A stretch of DNA of 64,000 nucleotides from Octopus vulgaris (lineage: Eukaryota), in contig OX597841.1 of the NCBI GenBank assembly GCA_951406725.2, positions 18,414,001-18,478,000 on the forward strand. The letters are read 5' to 3'. A program made the translations under genes and the position numbers. Shown piece after piece: positions 35,810 to 48,829 of this stretch. How positions within the stretch are numbered: position 1 is the first letter of the stretch; each line of letters begins with the position of its first letter. The notes below the pieces were generated by a model. That model was not told where the DNA came from, ran no database searches, and saw nothing but the letters and a program-made list of their open reading frames with translations.

Positions 35810-36190
35810 TCATCATCATCATCATTGTTCGACCGTGGTCGAGACAATGGAATTTACCATGCTACGCCAGACTTCACGGTCCATCATGGCATTACGGAGG
35901 TCCTGTTGCTGAATGCCTGTATCCCTGGAGATTACATCAGGCTATCCTGATGTAATCTCCAGGGATACAGGCATTCAGCAACAGGACCTCCAGAGTGTGC
36001 GCCCTCTGGTATTGCGAGTAGATGGCTTCCAGAGGAGAAGAGTAGAAATTGCCTCGTTTTCAGCTCTACAACAATGTCCAGCAAACTGGACTCTCCTACC
36101 TTTCACAAGAGATGACACAGGTGGTAGTTTCCCATATATTTGCATTTTGGTTGGATGACGCTTCCACCAGAGATTTTGAGCCCATCATAT
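35810..36190 (-). mobile_element. RTE-group LINE 3' fragment with (TGA)n tail and an internal 46-bp fold-back
   Basis: Minus: QFAGHCCRAENEAISTLLLWKPS..PDVISRDTGIQQQDLRNAMMDREVWR. Confidence 0.7.
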
Positions 36191-36807
36191 AATTATGTGT
36201 GTGTGTGTGTCTTTGTGTCAGTGTTTGTCCCTAATCACCAGTGTTGGTGTGTTTATATCCTCGCAATTTAGCATTTCAGTAAAAGAGCCATAAAAACCAT
36301 GCCAGATCAGACCGGAGCGAAGTACAGCTCTCTGGGTTACCAATTCCAGTCAAACCGTCTAACCCTACCAGCGTGAAAAGGGGACACTAAATGATGATGA
36401 TGATGATGATATAAAATTTAACACAAATATCGTTCAAAAATGCATTTGCATACTATTGTTCTACTATTTACCAAAATTCCTCAGACACTCAAGTCATTCC
36501 ATGGAATCCAGATTGGAAAATATTACTCAAATGATTCTGCCCCTGTATCATCTACAGACTTTATGCCAAAGAACTGATGCAGTCGACTTAGCCTTTCATC
36601 TGTTCAGGATTGATGAAATATGTATCAGTTGAACATTGGGGTCAATGTAATCAATTTACTTTCTCCCCTGAAATTGCTGGCCTTGTGCTAAAATTTGAAA
36701 CCAATATTCCTTTTATGTCACATGGTAACACATCCACAAAATTTGCAGCTTCCCTAACAGTTTCCTATCAATGTTTAATAAACAGTCCCCTTCATCCTCA
36801 CAGTGAA

Positions 36808-37152
36808 GGTGCATGGCTCAGTGGTTAGAGCGTTGGGCTCACAATCATGAGGTAGTGAGTTCAATTTCTGGACCAGACTGTGTGTTGTGTTCTTGAGCAA
36901 GACACTTTATTTCACATTGCTCCAATTCACTCAGCTGTAGAAATGAATTGTGATGATGTCTCTGGTGCCAAGCTGTATTGGCCCCTTTTCCTTTCCCTTG
37001 GATAACACTGGTGCCATGGAGAAGGGAGGCCGGTATGCATGGGCGACTGCTGGTCTTCCATAAACAGCTTTGCCTAGACTTGTGCTTCAGAGGGGAACTT
37101 TCTAGGTGCGATCCCATGGTCATTCATGACTGAAGGGGGTCTTTACCCTTTT
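36808..37152 (+). mobile_element. tRNA-derived SINE (family D-related)
   Basis: TGGCTCAGTGGTTAGAGCG A-box, GAGTTCAATTTC B-box, CTTGAGCAAGACACTT, tail CTTTACCCTTTTA. Confidence 0.75.
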
Positions 37153-37379
37153 ATCCTCACAGAAACTTTCTGTGCCCTCTCAGATCCCTTTTTCTCTTGA
37201 CAATGCCCTTCTTTAATCCACCTCTTGTTTATGTTATGAACTATTTGCTGTGTCCATCCATCCATCTCCACCCACTGTTCCTGGGAAGGTCATCAAGGTA
37301 CAGACTTTAGCCCCCCCCCCCCCCTTCATAGGGTGTTATCAAAAACAACCATCATTTCCGGTTGAATTCCCAAATGTGG

Positions 37380-37540
37380 CAGCTGCAACAGTTGGTATCA
37401 TCCAACCATGTCGTTCTTGGTCTACTCCTGGTTCTCCTGTCAGTTAACTTGAAAAATCCATTTTGCGGTTCTTTCCAACAACATTCTAATCAGATGTCTG
37501 CAGCACTTCAGCTGGGACCTCTCAATGCAGAGAAGGAATT
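37380..37540 (-). pseudogene. RTE LINE ORF C-terminal fragment
   Basis: Minus: LLCIERSQLKCCRHLIRM, resembling the RTE IERSQLRWFGHLIRM motif. Confidence 0.55.
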
Positions 37541-37544
37541 AATA

Positions 37545-38057
37545 TCTATATATATAAAACTGTAGTTGTGTGAGTGTCTGTCCCCTTCGATTTAGATTCC
37601 TAACTACTCCCACATTTTGCGGTGCAGTTTAACCAAATTCGGGTATCTTATAGTCGTGATTCATATCGAGCCCGTCTGGGTATTAGCGCACGTCTACGAT
37701 GAGTCTACGATTTTAAAAATAATTTAACATAATTTTTTATTCCATTTTAATGCATAATTTTTCGTGTGTCGATGGCGGCGGAGTTGGCGTCCATGGTCAC
37801 ACCTGCACCTGTTTGCTTCTCCCCCTTCTTCCCTCCCTCGTGAAGCTGTGGGGAAGGGAGTGTAAGGAAATCAACGTCGTAAAGCGTTGTCAAGGAGACC
37901 AGCGTTCTTTTAGAACAAGGACTTCATGGCTTGAAGACACCAAAACAGAAATGGCTAAGAAAGCCCGAATTGGCATCTATAAGGGAAGTAACTCTCTAAA
38001 AATGCTTATATAGTTATTTCCCTTACAAACCCGAGCAACGCCGGGCGATACTGCTAG
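37545..38057 (+). mobile_element. Non-autonomous Helitron, subfamily A
   Basis: A|TC start, CCCGAGCAACGCCGGG hairpin, CTAG|T end. Confidence 0.9.
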
Positions 38058-38450
38058 TTTATATATAAAAGTGAAGTTGTGTGTCTGTCTCCTACGATTT
38101 AGATTCCTAACTACTCCCACATTTTGCGGTGCAGCTTAACCAAAACCGGGTATCTTATAGTCGTGATTCATATCGAGCCCTTCTGGGTATTAACGTGCGT
38201 CTACGATGAGTCTACGATTTAAAAAAAATTTACCATCATTTTTTTCCATTTTAATGCATTTTTTCACTCTGATATAAGGGAAGTAACTCTCTTAAAATGT
38301 CTACGATGAGTCAACGATTTTTTAAAAAATTACCATCATTTTTTTTCCATTTTTAATGCATTTTTTGCTATTTTTTGGCTATAACTCTCTAAAAATGCTT
38401 ATATAGTTATTTCCCTTACAAACCCGAGCAACGCCGGGCGATACTGCTAG
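38058..38450 (+). mobile_element. Non-autonomous Helitron, subfamily B, head-to-tail with the previous copy
   Basis: TTTATATATAAAAGTG start, same hairpin and CTAG|T end. Confidence 0.88.
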
Positions 38451-38607
38451 TAAAAGATAAAGTTTCCTTCCCAAGTCATGTCGACTCATGAGGGCCAGTT
38501 TCTTGGCTTCCATGGCGTATATATTCCCCACCAGGATGGAACGCAGATCCATCGCAGGATTTTTACCAGCTGAGTGGACTGGAGCAATGTGAAATGAAGA
38601 GTTTTGC

Positions 38608-38976
38608 ATCTGTTGGTGCTCTTACGATGGAAGCCGATAGATCTTCCATTATCTAACAAGGTATATCAAGAACAAATTGTTAAATAACCTATGTAAGCTT
38701 TGAAGCCCTTGTCGCCTGATGTTGCAACATTATTTGTTATGTACAATAAATAAGATAACCGTAAAAACAATCTAACGAACAAACAAATCTCTTTACAAAC
38801 GAACAATCAACATTCCTTGTGAACTAACCAACCTTCCAGCTTCACTGTGAACTAACACAAGCTTCACTCAGTTCTGAACTCAGAACCTCAAACTCACTTG
38901 GATTATTATTATTTATACTTTACTCAAACCAGTCTATTTCTTGCAAGGGGATGTCGTAACTCTCATCACCACAACA
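38608..38976 (-). mobile_element. 5' LTR (38720-38976) with PBS-like site and possible gag start
   Basis: Minus: TGTTG...TATAAATA...TGCAACA then TCAGGCGACAAG (TGGCGAC-like PBS) and ATGGAAGATCTA. Confidence 0.6.
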
Positions 38977-38999
38977 TATATACACATATATATATATAT

Positions 39000-39330
39000 A
39001 TGTTGGAGCGAGGTCATTCAACCCTATTATCTCCCCTAATTTCGCTCTTGCGTCTCACGTTTGATCTTTGACTTCTCGCCGAAATCAGATCACCATGTTG
39101 ATTCGCTAGCCTCTGCACGCATATTTTTTTCTCTCCATCTTTCTGTGTTTTTTCTCTGTGTATCTTTCTGTTGAAGAGCGTAGGCTCGAAACGTTAAAGA
39201 CTTGTTTTATTTATATTTCCTGAGCGCCATACTAATACAATTGTTTGTTTGTATTCCACCTGCCTTCGTCTTTTGTTTATTTCCGTAAACCTGCCTTCGT
39301 CTTTTGTCTATTTTCACAAAGCTTCCCATT
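39000..39330 (+). mobile_element. Hammerhead monomer H3 in (TA)n
   Basis: TCTTT-CTGTTGA-AGAGC-GTAG-GCTC-GAAAC-GTT-AAAGA at 39163-39200. Confidence 0.6.
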
Positions 39331-39590
39331 ATATATATATATATATATATATAAATGTCTTGCTTTGAAAAACTGCATTGGGTATGATTAGTGAAATTTT
39401 GGTAGTAATGACTTATGTCCCTCTTAGTGTGAGGCATTTATGTGTAATAATGCCCTCTATATAATATAAATTAATATGTTCAAAAGAAAAAAACTATTTT
39501 CGAATTTTTCTCTTATGAGGTTTTTCACGCTAACTACCTGATAATTTCTTGTTAAGATTCCTTATTAAGAAGTTATCCTTAATTGTTAAA

Positions 39591-39626
<36 letters not shown>

Positions 39627-40267
39627 TGTATGTATACACAAACACTCATATGAACACACACACACACACACACACACGCATATGATGGCCTTCTTTCTGT
39701 TTCTGTCTACTAAACCCACTCACAGCGCTTTTGTCAGCCTAAGGCTATAGCAGAAGACACTTGCTCAAGGTGTCACTCAGTGGAATTGAACCTGGAACCA
39801 TGTGGTTGGGCAGCAAGCTTCTTACTACACAGCCACTCCTGCACATACGTAGAAAAATCTGGTCTATACAAGATTTTAGTTATATAGAAATTCTATTAAT
39901 TTAAAAAATTTTTTTAATTCTATCTAGTTTCAACTCACGAGCTGTGGCCATGCTGGGGCACCGCCACTCGGTGCTGCTACATGATTTTACTTCACGAATG
40001 CTTTTTAGCAAATGTCATTTGGTGCATGAGAGTTCGACGCAGCTGCCCAGTACCAAGTGTAGCTGTTTGGTATAGGTGCAGGAATGGTTCTGTGGTTTGA
40101 GAAGTTTCCTTCCCATCCATGTGGTCTTGGGGTTCAGCCTCCCTTTGCTACATCTTGGGCAAGTATCTTCTTCATTAGCCGTGGGCTGAGCAAAGTCTTG
40201 TGGGTGGATTTGGTTGGTGGAAGCTGAAAGAAACCAGTTATGTATGTATTACTCAGCCACACCTGCA

Positions 40268-40314
<47 letters not shown>

Positions 40315-40856
40315 GTTTTGTTTTGGGATTTGGTTTGCTAATTTTTTTTACTTGTCACTACATCTATGGGTTTAGAAATGTCTGCAAGTTTCTGGAAACA
40401 GCATACTGCCTTGTGTGTTAATTCTTGCATCAAGTGAATTGACAGTGTGACCTAATGAAGAACTTACTTGAAGTAATCACCTGAAAAAGCACATTGTACA
40501 CTCTTGTTGATCACTCCCTCCCTCCCCCTCTCTCTCCCTCTCTCTTTCTTTCTTTCTCTCTTTCTAATCAGGTGACCACACATCTCTTCTACAGCAAAAC
40601 ACCTGTTTCTGTCTCTCTGTCAGACTCTAACCTCTCATCAACTGGTACAAGGCCACCTCCTCCAATGGCCCCTCCCTTCTCAAAGGGTCTTTGTCTTGCA
40701 AGTTACTTGGTGACCCTGCCAGTGCTGGTGCCACGTAAAAAGCATCCAGTCCACGCTGGAGAGTGGCTGGCGTTAGGAAGGGCATCCAGCTGAAAAACAA
40801 AACAAACTAAAACTGACCTTGCTTGTGCTAATGCCACATAAAAAGCACAATTTACT

Positions 40857-41425
40857 CTGACCTCCCTTGTTCGAAGGTTATATGGATACAGTTTGTGTAT
40901 CAAATAGCTAACTTAAGGCGATGGCCTCATGGAGCTAATAAGCAGACAGCTTTATTCTTATTTTTATAAGAATGCCATATTAGTATGGCGATAACTATTA
41001 TTTTCTGGGAACGCTGCCGCTGTTCTCTTTTAGAGAGACTTAGTAATTTTAATATTTCTATTATTGAAAACAAGTGGATGTATTCCACCGAAACTAGGTA
41101 AATAAAACCATCGAACAGAGATTGTCGGAAGCGACACCTACTGGCTGGCTACGCTGCATTGAAAAGGGGCAATACCCCGAAACGCATCTGTAGCTGCCGG
41201 TCAAGTAGTGTGGAGCAACTGACCTCCCTTGTTCGAAGGTTATATGGATACAGTTTGTGTATCAAATAGCTAACTTAAGGCGATGGCCTCATGGAGCTAA
41301 TAAGCAGACAGCTTTATTCTTATTTTTATAAGAATGCCATATTAGTATGGCGATAACTATTATTTTCCGGGAACGCTGCCGCTGTTCTCTTTTAGAGAGA
41401 CTTAGTAATTTTAATATTTCTATTA
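40857..41425 (+). repeat. ~1.6-copy tandem repeat of a 362-bp unit containing a hammerhead (family H6, retrozyme-like)
   Basis: CTGACCTCCCTTGTTCGAAGG at 40857 and 41219; about 205 bp nearly identical; ends in (TA)n. Confidence 0.85.
41153..41194 (+). ncRNA. Type I hammerhead ribozyme-like fold with U3-A8 core variant
   Basis: GCTGCA-TTGAAAA-GGGG-CAATA-CCCC-GAAA-CGCA-TC-TGTAGC; 6-bp stem I and 4-bp stem II. Confidence 0.7.
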
Positions 41426-41546
41426 TATATATATATATATATACATATATATATCTGTAAATTAATATGTGACAATTATTCAAAAGCCAAGATAAAACTC
41501 TGAGTTTCGGATGCCGAAGTGGAAATCCACAATACCATCTCTTCGG

Positions 41547-41579
<33 letters not shown>

Positions 41580-41680
41580 TACACATATATCATCATCATC
41601 ATCATCATCATCATTTAATGTCTGCTTTCCATACTGGCATGGGCAGGATGGTTATATATATGGTTTTATGCACACACACA

Positions 41681-41721
<41 letters not shown>

Positions 41722-42009
41722 TATATTGTGAATAGCCATCTAAGAAAACATAAATCAGGAAAAATCTGCACTGATACGTCAATGGAGTGGATATATTAAT
41801 CGAAGTATAAAGAACCATTAACACATTCCAGCTGATCTCACCAATTGGGTTCAATGGAGTATTAGCCATCTCTGAAGAGCACAGGGTTGAATGATTGGGC
41901 TGTTGTCTTACAATCCATTGAATCCCTTGTGTGAAACTGATTAGTAAGAGCAGCTGTAATGGATATACAATATTGTACACTTGGATTAATATATATACTG
42001 AATAGATGT

Positions 42010-42042
<33 letters not shown>

Positions 42043-42294
42043 CTGTCCGTGTGTGTGTGTCTGTGTGATGTATATATGAACCAGCAACGGAACATTTGTA
42101 TTGTTGTAATCCGTCCTAAAACTCATGGCCATCATCATCACATGAAACTACTACATTGAATAAGAGTGCTCTAGATACACTATGTCTGGAAATATGATGG
42201 GAAGGTCACTATTGGAATGTCATTGGTCATGAAACTTTTGGGCTGAAATAAATTATCTTCCCTGAGAACACTCCTTCAACATCACATCACAACT

Positions 42295-42633
42295 AATACA
42301 CCACTACCACCACCACCACCACCACCACCACCACCACCACCACCTGTACAACTACTATCACCACCGTCATGACCACCACTACCACCACCACCACCACTAT
42401 CAACAACAAAACACTATCATCACAAACCTCACCACCACCTATAACACCACTGTCATGACTACCACCACCACCACCACGACGATTTCCACCACACCAGCTA
42501 TGACCCCCCCACTACTACTACTACTGCTACTACTACTAGTACTACTACTACTACTATTACTACCACCACCACCATAGCCTTCCTACTACTACTACTACTA
42601 CTACTATTACTACCACCACCACCACCATAGCCT

Positions 42634-42675
<42 letters not shown>

Positions 42676-42990
42676 CATAGTCTTCCAACAATGCTGGCAA
42701 ACACAGCCATCACCAAACCCTCATCCACATTTAAACAATGCCACCACCACCACCACCGCCGCCACCACCGCCGCCACCACCACCACAACCACCACCGCCG
42801 CCGCCACCACCACCGCCGCCACAACCAACACCACCACCACCGCCACCACCGCCACCACCACCGCCACCACCACCACCACCACCGCCACCACCGCCACAAC
42901 CAACACCACCACCACCACCGCCACCACCACCGCCGCCACAACCAACACCACCACCACCACCGCCACCACCACCACCACCACCACCATCAC
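42295..42990. repeat. Compound (CAC)n/(TAC)n/(CGC) trinucleotide tract
   Basis: Low-complexity triplets; gives poly-P/H/G/W pseudo-ORFs in all frames. Confidence 0.9.
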
Positions 42991-43526
42991 ACCTACTGTT
43001 AGACATTACTGTAGCTCTTGAGCTGATGAATCATGGGAAATATCTGCTTAGCATCTCAAGACTGTTGGAATCAGACTCCTGAATGAGGAGACTACTTGAG
43101 TATCACACGCACACACACACACACACACAAATAGATCTATCTAATATATGTGTGTGCGTGTATGCGTGCATGCATGCGTGCGTGTATGTGTGTGTATTTA
43201 TGTATATATATTTACATATACATATTATAATCACGAAAGTAGTGAACAGTGTATACATAGATCTATATATGCAGACACATACACACACACACACATACAC
43301 ACACACACACACACATATATATACACACACACACACGTTTATATGTACTTTTATATGTTTATATACATGTCTATATATATCATCACCATCATCATTATAT
43401 TTATATATACAGTATATATATATATTATATATCATATATATATGAATATATATGTATGCGTATGTATGCATGTATGTATATATATATATGTATGCATACA
43501 CACACATATATATATATATGTATGTG

Positions 43527-43569
<43 letters not shown>

Positions 43570-43661
43570 CTCATGTATTTTATATGAAATAGATGCATGA
43601 CTATTGTATTAGTGTATGACACTTAAAAGCTGATTGGTGAACTAGAATATAAGGGATAAAA

Positions 43662-43698
<37 letters not shown>

Positions 43699-43830
43699 TA
43701 CATATATATGTATACAGACAGATACAGATATAGATATATACCCACATACATAAATATAGAGACAAACACCAACGTGTAGTTAAATGCTTTTACACACACA
43801 CACAGAGAAATGGAGAAACAAAGGGCCATA

Positions 43831-44240
43831 GGTACGCAGGAGTGGCTGTGTGGTAAGTAGCTTGCTAACCAACCACATGGTTCTGGGTTCAGTCCCACTG
43901 CGTGGCATCTTGGGCAAGTGTCTTCTGCTATAGCCCCAGGCTGACCAATGCCTTGTGAGTGGATTTGGTAGACGGAAACTGAAAAGAAGCCTGTCGTATA
44001 TATGTATGTATATATGTATTTGTGTGTATGTTTGTGTGTCTGTGTTTGTCCCCCTAGCATTGCTTGACAACCGATGCTGGTGTGTTTATGTCCCCGTCAC
44101 TTAGCGGTTCAGCAAAAGAGACCGATAGAATAAGTACTGGGCTTACAAAGAATAAGTCCTGGAGTCGATTTGCTCGACTAAAGGTGGTGCTCCAGCATGG
44201 CCGCAGTCAAATGACTGAAACAAGTAAAAGAGTAAAGAGT
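43831..44240 (+). mobile_element. SINE family A, full length
   Basis: Family match. Confidence 0.9.
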
Positions 44241-44497
44241 ATATTGTTGCTATTATGAAAAGTGTCTTAAGTCCAAAACGTTGCTTTTTCAGAAAAGGAA
44301 AAAACAGTTTCCCCATTCCATTTCTTTTTACATTAGCAACAGTTTCAGCTTAACGATAATACTTTGTTGGGTGCATAAAATTGTAACTCCATGCATGTGT
44401 GGCACCTTTGTTAAGAGTCTTTGACTATTGCCTCAGGCTGATGAAAGCCTTGTCAGTGGATTTGGTAGACGGAAACTGAAAGAAGCCCATCATATAT

Positions 44498-44915
44498 ACT
44501 GAGGGTGTTATGTGTAAATTGCTGCCAGTATATATTTCTAATTAGAAGCATGCACATTGTTTTTGATTTCTTCGACTACATAGTATAGTAGGGTCAGTTG
44601 GGCACCGTCTGCAAAAAAGACAGTACTGTGATGCAATTCACTCTGCCAGAAATTTGGAAACGACATGCCGGACTGCTTGATATTCATGCCAGAAGCTCCA
44701 ATATGAATATTTCAGAGTGTTTGGGTGTCAATCTGAGGACATGTACCGATAGTGATAAAAATCAAACATCCAGTCAACATCATGGTGTTTGGAGAGATCA
44801 CTAGTGATGGTGATGTTATGGCCTCACATGGCCTCAGACACAACATAGAGGCCTACATCAATGCCTGGAGGAAGGTGGCTGCTGGAAGACCCTATGTCGG
44901 GCAACAGGACTCTGC
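44498..44915 (+). mobile_element. Deleted Tc1/mariner-superfamily (maT-like) transposon fragment
   Basis: KHPVNIMVFGEITSDG...VAAGRPYVGQQDSA. Confidence 0.7.
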
Positions 44916-44926
44916 AGAATCAAAGC

Positions 44927-45956
44927 CTATTCCTGGTGCGGTTTTGCATTTAGAGCACCAAGCAAAGCATGAGAAGTGCTTGAGACACTCGTCTTCAAAA
45001 TGGGCCAAACAGAAAAATCCAGCGAATTGAGATCAGGGCTTCTTGAGGGACAAACATCCTTGACTATGTTTTTCTGAATCCAGTGTTGTGTCTGTTTGGA
45101 GCTGTGGGATGGTCCTGAATCCTGGTGGAGGCTCCAAAATGCATTTTTAAAGTGCTCATTCACCCATGAAAGCAGTTCAGCTTCCAAAATGTCAGTAATG
45201 CATCGCTGGATGTTAATTTTAACTCCTGAGGGCACAAAAACTAGAGGAGACCTTCCAGTGGTTTTCACAGCCACCCAAACCAAAACTGACTGTTGATTTT
45301 GGCGTTGATTTACGAGTTTACCCTCGACAGGGCCAGATACACTTCACAGTTAGTCATTCTGGTGGTTTACTTGCCTATTTGATGTCAAATTTCTTTTCGT
45401 CAATGAAGACCAGGTTGGGAAGCAATCTGACACAGGATAAGATGATTTCTCTCTAGTCTCTTGGCCTTATAAACTTGCGTGAACTCAGGATGGTGGATGA
45501 TGTAGGGGTGAGTCCTGAGATCCTCCTTCAGCATTCAATATATTGATGTTCAATTTCTTTTTGCTATGGTAGCCAGTTTTCTGATAGAATGACAAGGATT
45601 TTGCCGTATCTTTTCTCTGGTACTTTTGATAAACTGAGGGGTTTGCACACTTCTTTTCCAGCCACATCCTGCAGGGCGATCAGCAATAGAACCAGTCTCT
45701 TGAAACTTCTTGACAATTTTCCAGACTATTGTTTGGTTAATTTAAAAATTTTTTGCTATAATTGTATTACTTTTTCCTCCTTTGTGGAGGGTTATGATTG
45801 TATTTCAGTCTATAGCCATTATCTAATTTATATATCTGAATTTACTTAGGAGACACACAAGGCTTTTATAATTATGCATAATTTTCATACTTTATCACAT
45901 TTATTGATAGTTATTAAAGCCTGAAACTTTGGTTGCCTTAATTTTGGGACACCCTG
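44927..45956 (-). mobile_element. Decayed maT (DD37D-like) transposon, 5' TIR intact
   Basis: Minus TA|CAGGGTGTCCCAAAATT TIR; VWVAV..SPLVFV..GVKIN..HQDSGPSH..SPDLNSLDFSVW. Confidence 0.85.
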
Positions 45957-47423
45957 TATATTTAAATTTATATTTATATTCTTATATATTCTTATATTCT
46001 TATATTCTTTTATATGTTTCAGCCCAAAGACTGGCCATGGAAAAGCACCACCAGTGCAATCTGATATCCAGAGGCTATTCTTATGCAATTGATCCCTATG
46101 AGATTATGGGAAGCCAAAAACAGTTCAGGTACACCAAGACTATATCCTTAATCATTACACACAACCAAAGAAACAGAAATATTCAGTGTAATCCTTATTG
46201 AGAACACAACTTATAAATTTAAACTGGGACAAGTCTTTACTGTGAAATATCATTTTTAGCAGAGAAGTTTAAATTGGACAAACTAAACTCGTTAAGAATG
46301 AGATTAATAATTCATCATCAACAAATGCAAGATCCTAGGACTAGGCAAATTCCACTTAATGAACCTCTAAACACATGCACAAAAACCAAAACTCTCAACT
46401 TATTTATCTTCACAATCTAACAGCATGCACATAATACCACAGATCTAACAAGAATGAATAAGGAAAATTCATTTAATTAAAAAATTCAAGCCATGAATGA
46501 AAAATCCATAAAGACATCAGTAATTCACAGTTCACCTTTTCCTATGAATTAATTATTGGAGAAGTACATTATGTATATCTTGTCCTTGTTCTTAAGGAAA
46601 CCATAATACATATAGCAGCTATCACCTATCTTATTTATTCCACTCATTATTTAAGTTACACAACACATTCTTAGCAAAAGAAGGGGTATGTTTTAACATA
46701 TTTAATGGAAGGGAACTAATTGGTAAAATTATTCTTCAAGAGAAAAATAAACAACAATTATATGATTTTCTTTTTAAAGTCAAGTTTTGGTTTTTATTAC
46801 TCCTGACATAAAATGAGGGAGAAAACACAGCAAAATAAGTATTTCTTATTCATATTTCTCTTTTCTAATTGTCATATGACATGTTCAATGGAGAAAAACT
46901 TCTGTGACCTTCTCATACGACTGTCAAATGAGCTTCACACACGAATGTTAACCAATGAATTTGTATGTTAACACATAGCATTCTGAGCCATATTCTTTCT
47001 TTAAAAACAAGTAGTTTCTATAGCAGCAACCAAATAAGACATAATTTCTGACACAGATTCATACAGTATACAATTTTGAAAATCTAGTGAGAAACCGGTT
47101 AAGTGTGTGTAGATATATATAGATGTGTGTGTGTGTGTTTACATATACACCCGCTGTTTTTGTCCTGTTTTTACTATTATTGTTTTTTGTATTTATATTC
47201 GTGTGGCATCGTCCGTTTTCTGTCCCTGTTTCGTATACATTAGATCCTTCTTCCAAGAAATCTAATGCTCGTAGCTTAGTTTTTCCTTGGGGCTGGCCAG
47301 ATCGGAGCGATCTCAAGATTAATCAGCCAAAATTGCAAAGATGATCCGGTTCTTGACTGAAGATTGAAGGCTTCGAATGTCCCGTCTGTGTTTTGTGTTC
47401 TTGTCTCAGTTTGTATTTTTTTT

Positions 47424-47482
<59 letters not shown>

Positions 47483-47737
47483 GCGAGAAATGAAATGTTG
47501 TCAGTAAGACCTGCAAGGTGTCGGATAATGCTGAGTAAGTGCTATGGACAGACCATTGTTAAGCTCCAGGTTTGGTGATTATGCAAATAAGGAGTCCAAC
47601 GTAGGTCATATATCAGCATGTGTGTATATAAAAGAATATTTCTTCAGAATGAGATAAAAAAACCCAAGGCTGTGAAGATTTTCTAAAATCTTCACAGCCT
47701 TGGTTTTTCATCTCATTCTGAAAAAAATCTTACACAA

Positions 47738-47768
<31 letters not shown>

Positions 47769-47810
47769 TATATGTATATATTTATATATATATATGTATA
47801 TATGTATATA

Positions 47811-47888
<78 letters not shown>

Positions 47889-47945
47889 TATATATGTATA
47901 TGTATATATATATTTTTATATACACACATATATACATGTATATAC

Positions 47946-47984
<39 letters not shown>

Positions 47985-47999
47985 TATATATTTATATAT

Positions 48000-48030
<31 letters not shown>

Positions 48031-48034
<4 letters not shown>

Positions 48035-48713
48035 AATCGAAACCGAATTGAACCAGCCAGGATCCCTGGCCTGGTGGTACGTAAAAAGCACTATCCGACT
48101 CGGGGCCGTGGCACGTAAAATACTCCAATGCGACCGTACGACAGGCACCCATGCCAACCCCCTTTGCTTGTGAAGACATGTTGGGGCAAGCGAAATCGAA
48201 ATCGAATTGAACCAGCCAGGATCCCTGGTCTGGTGGTATGTAAAAAGCACTATCCGACTCGTGGCCGTGGCACGTAAAATACTCCAATGCGACCGTACGA
48301 CAGGCACCCTTGCCAACCCCCTTTGCTTGTGAAGACATGTTGGGGCAAGCGAAATCGAAATCGAATTGAACCAGCCAGGATCCCTGGTCTGGTGGTACGT
48401 AAAAAGCACTATCCGACTCGTGGCCGATGCCAGCACCGCCTCGACTGGCTTCCGTGCCGGTGGCACATAAAATACACCAATCTGACACCGTGGCCGTTGC
48501 CAGCCCCGCCTGGCACCTGTGCAGGTGGCACGTAAAAAGCACCCACTACACTCATGGAGTGGTTGGCGTTAGGAAGGGCATCCAGCTGTAGAAACATTGC
48601 CAAATTAGACTGGAGCCTGGTGCAGCCTTCTGGCTTCCCAGAACCCCGGTCGAACCGTCCAACCCATGCTAGCATGGAGAACGGACGTTAAACGACGATG
48701 ATGATGATGATGA
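48031..48713 (+). mobile_element. SINE/retroposon family B with an internal 159-bp tandem repeat
   Basis: CCAGCCAGGATCCC at 48053, 48212 and 48371; (GAT)n tail. Confidence 0.85.
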
Positions 48714-48829
48714 TATATATATGCATGTACACATAAGTGTGTGTGTGTGTACATATATATATATATATATATACATATTCATACACACACACACATATAT
48801 ATATACATATACATATATGCACATATAAT

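Noticed and set aside
42663-43082. Poly-Pro/His/Gly/Trp ORFs (extensin- or formin-like)
   Set aside because: Trinucleotide microsatellite open in all frames, with no flanking domain or splice support.
47340-47395. CTGAAGA in a microsatellite-flanked element (47140-47420)
   Set aside because: No GAAA or stem I pairing found; left unassigned.
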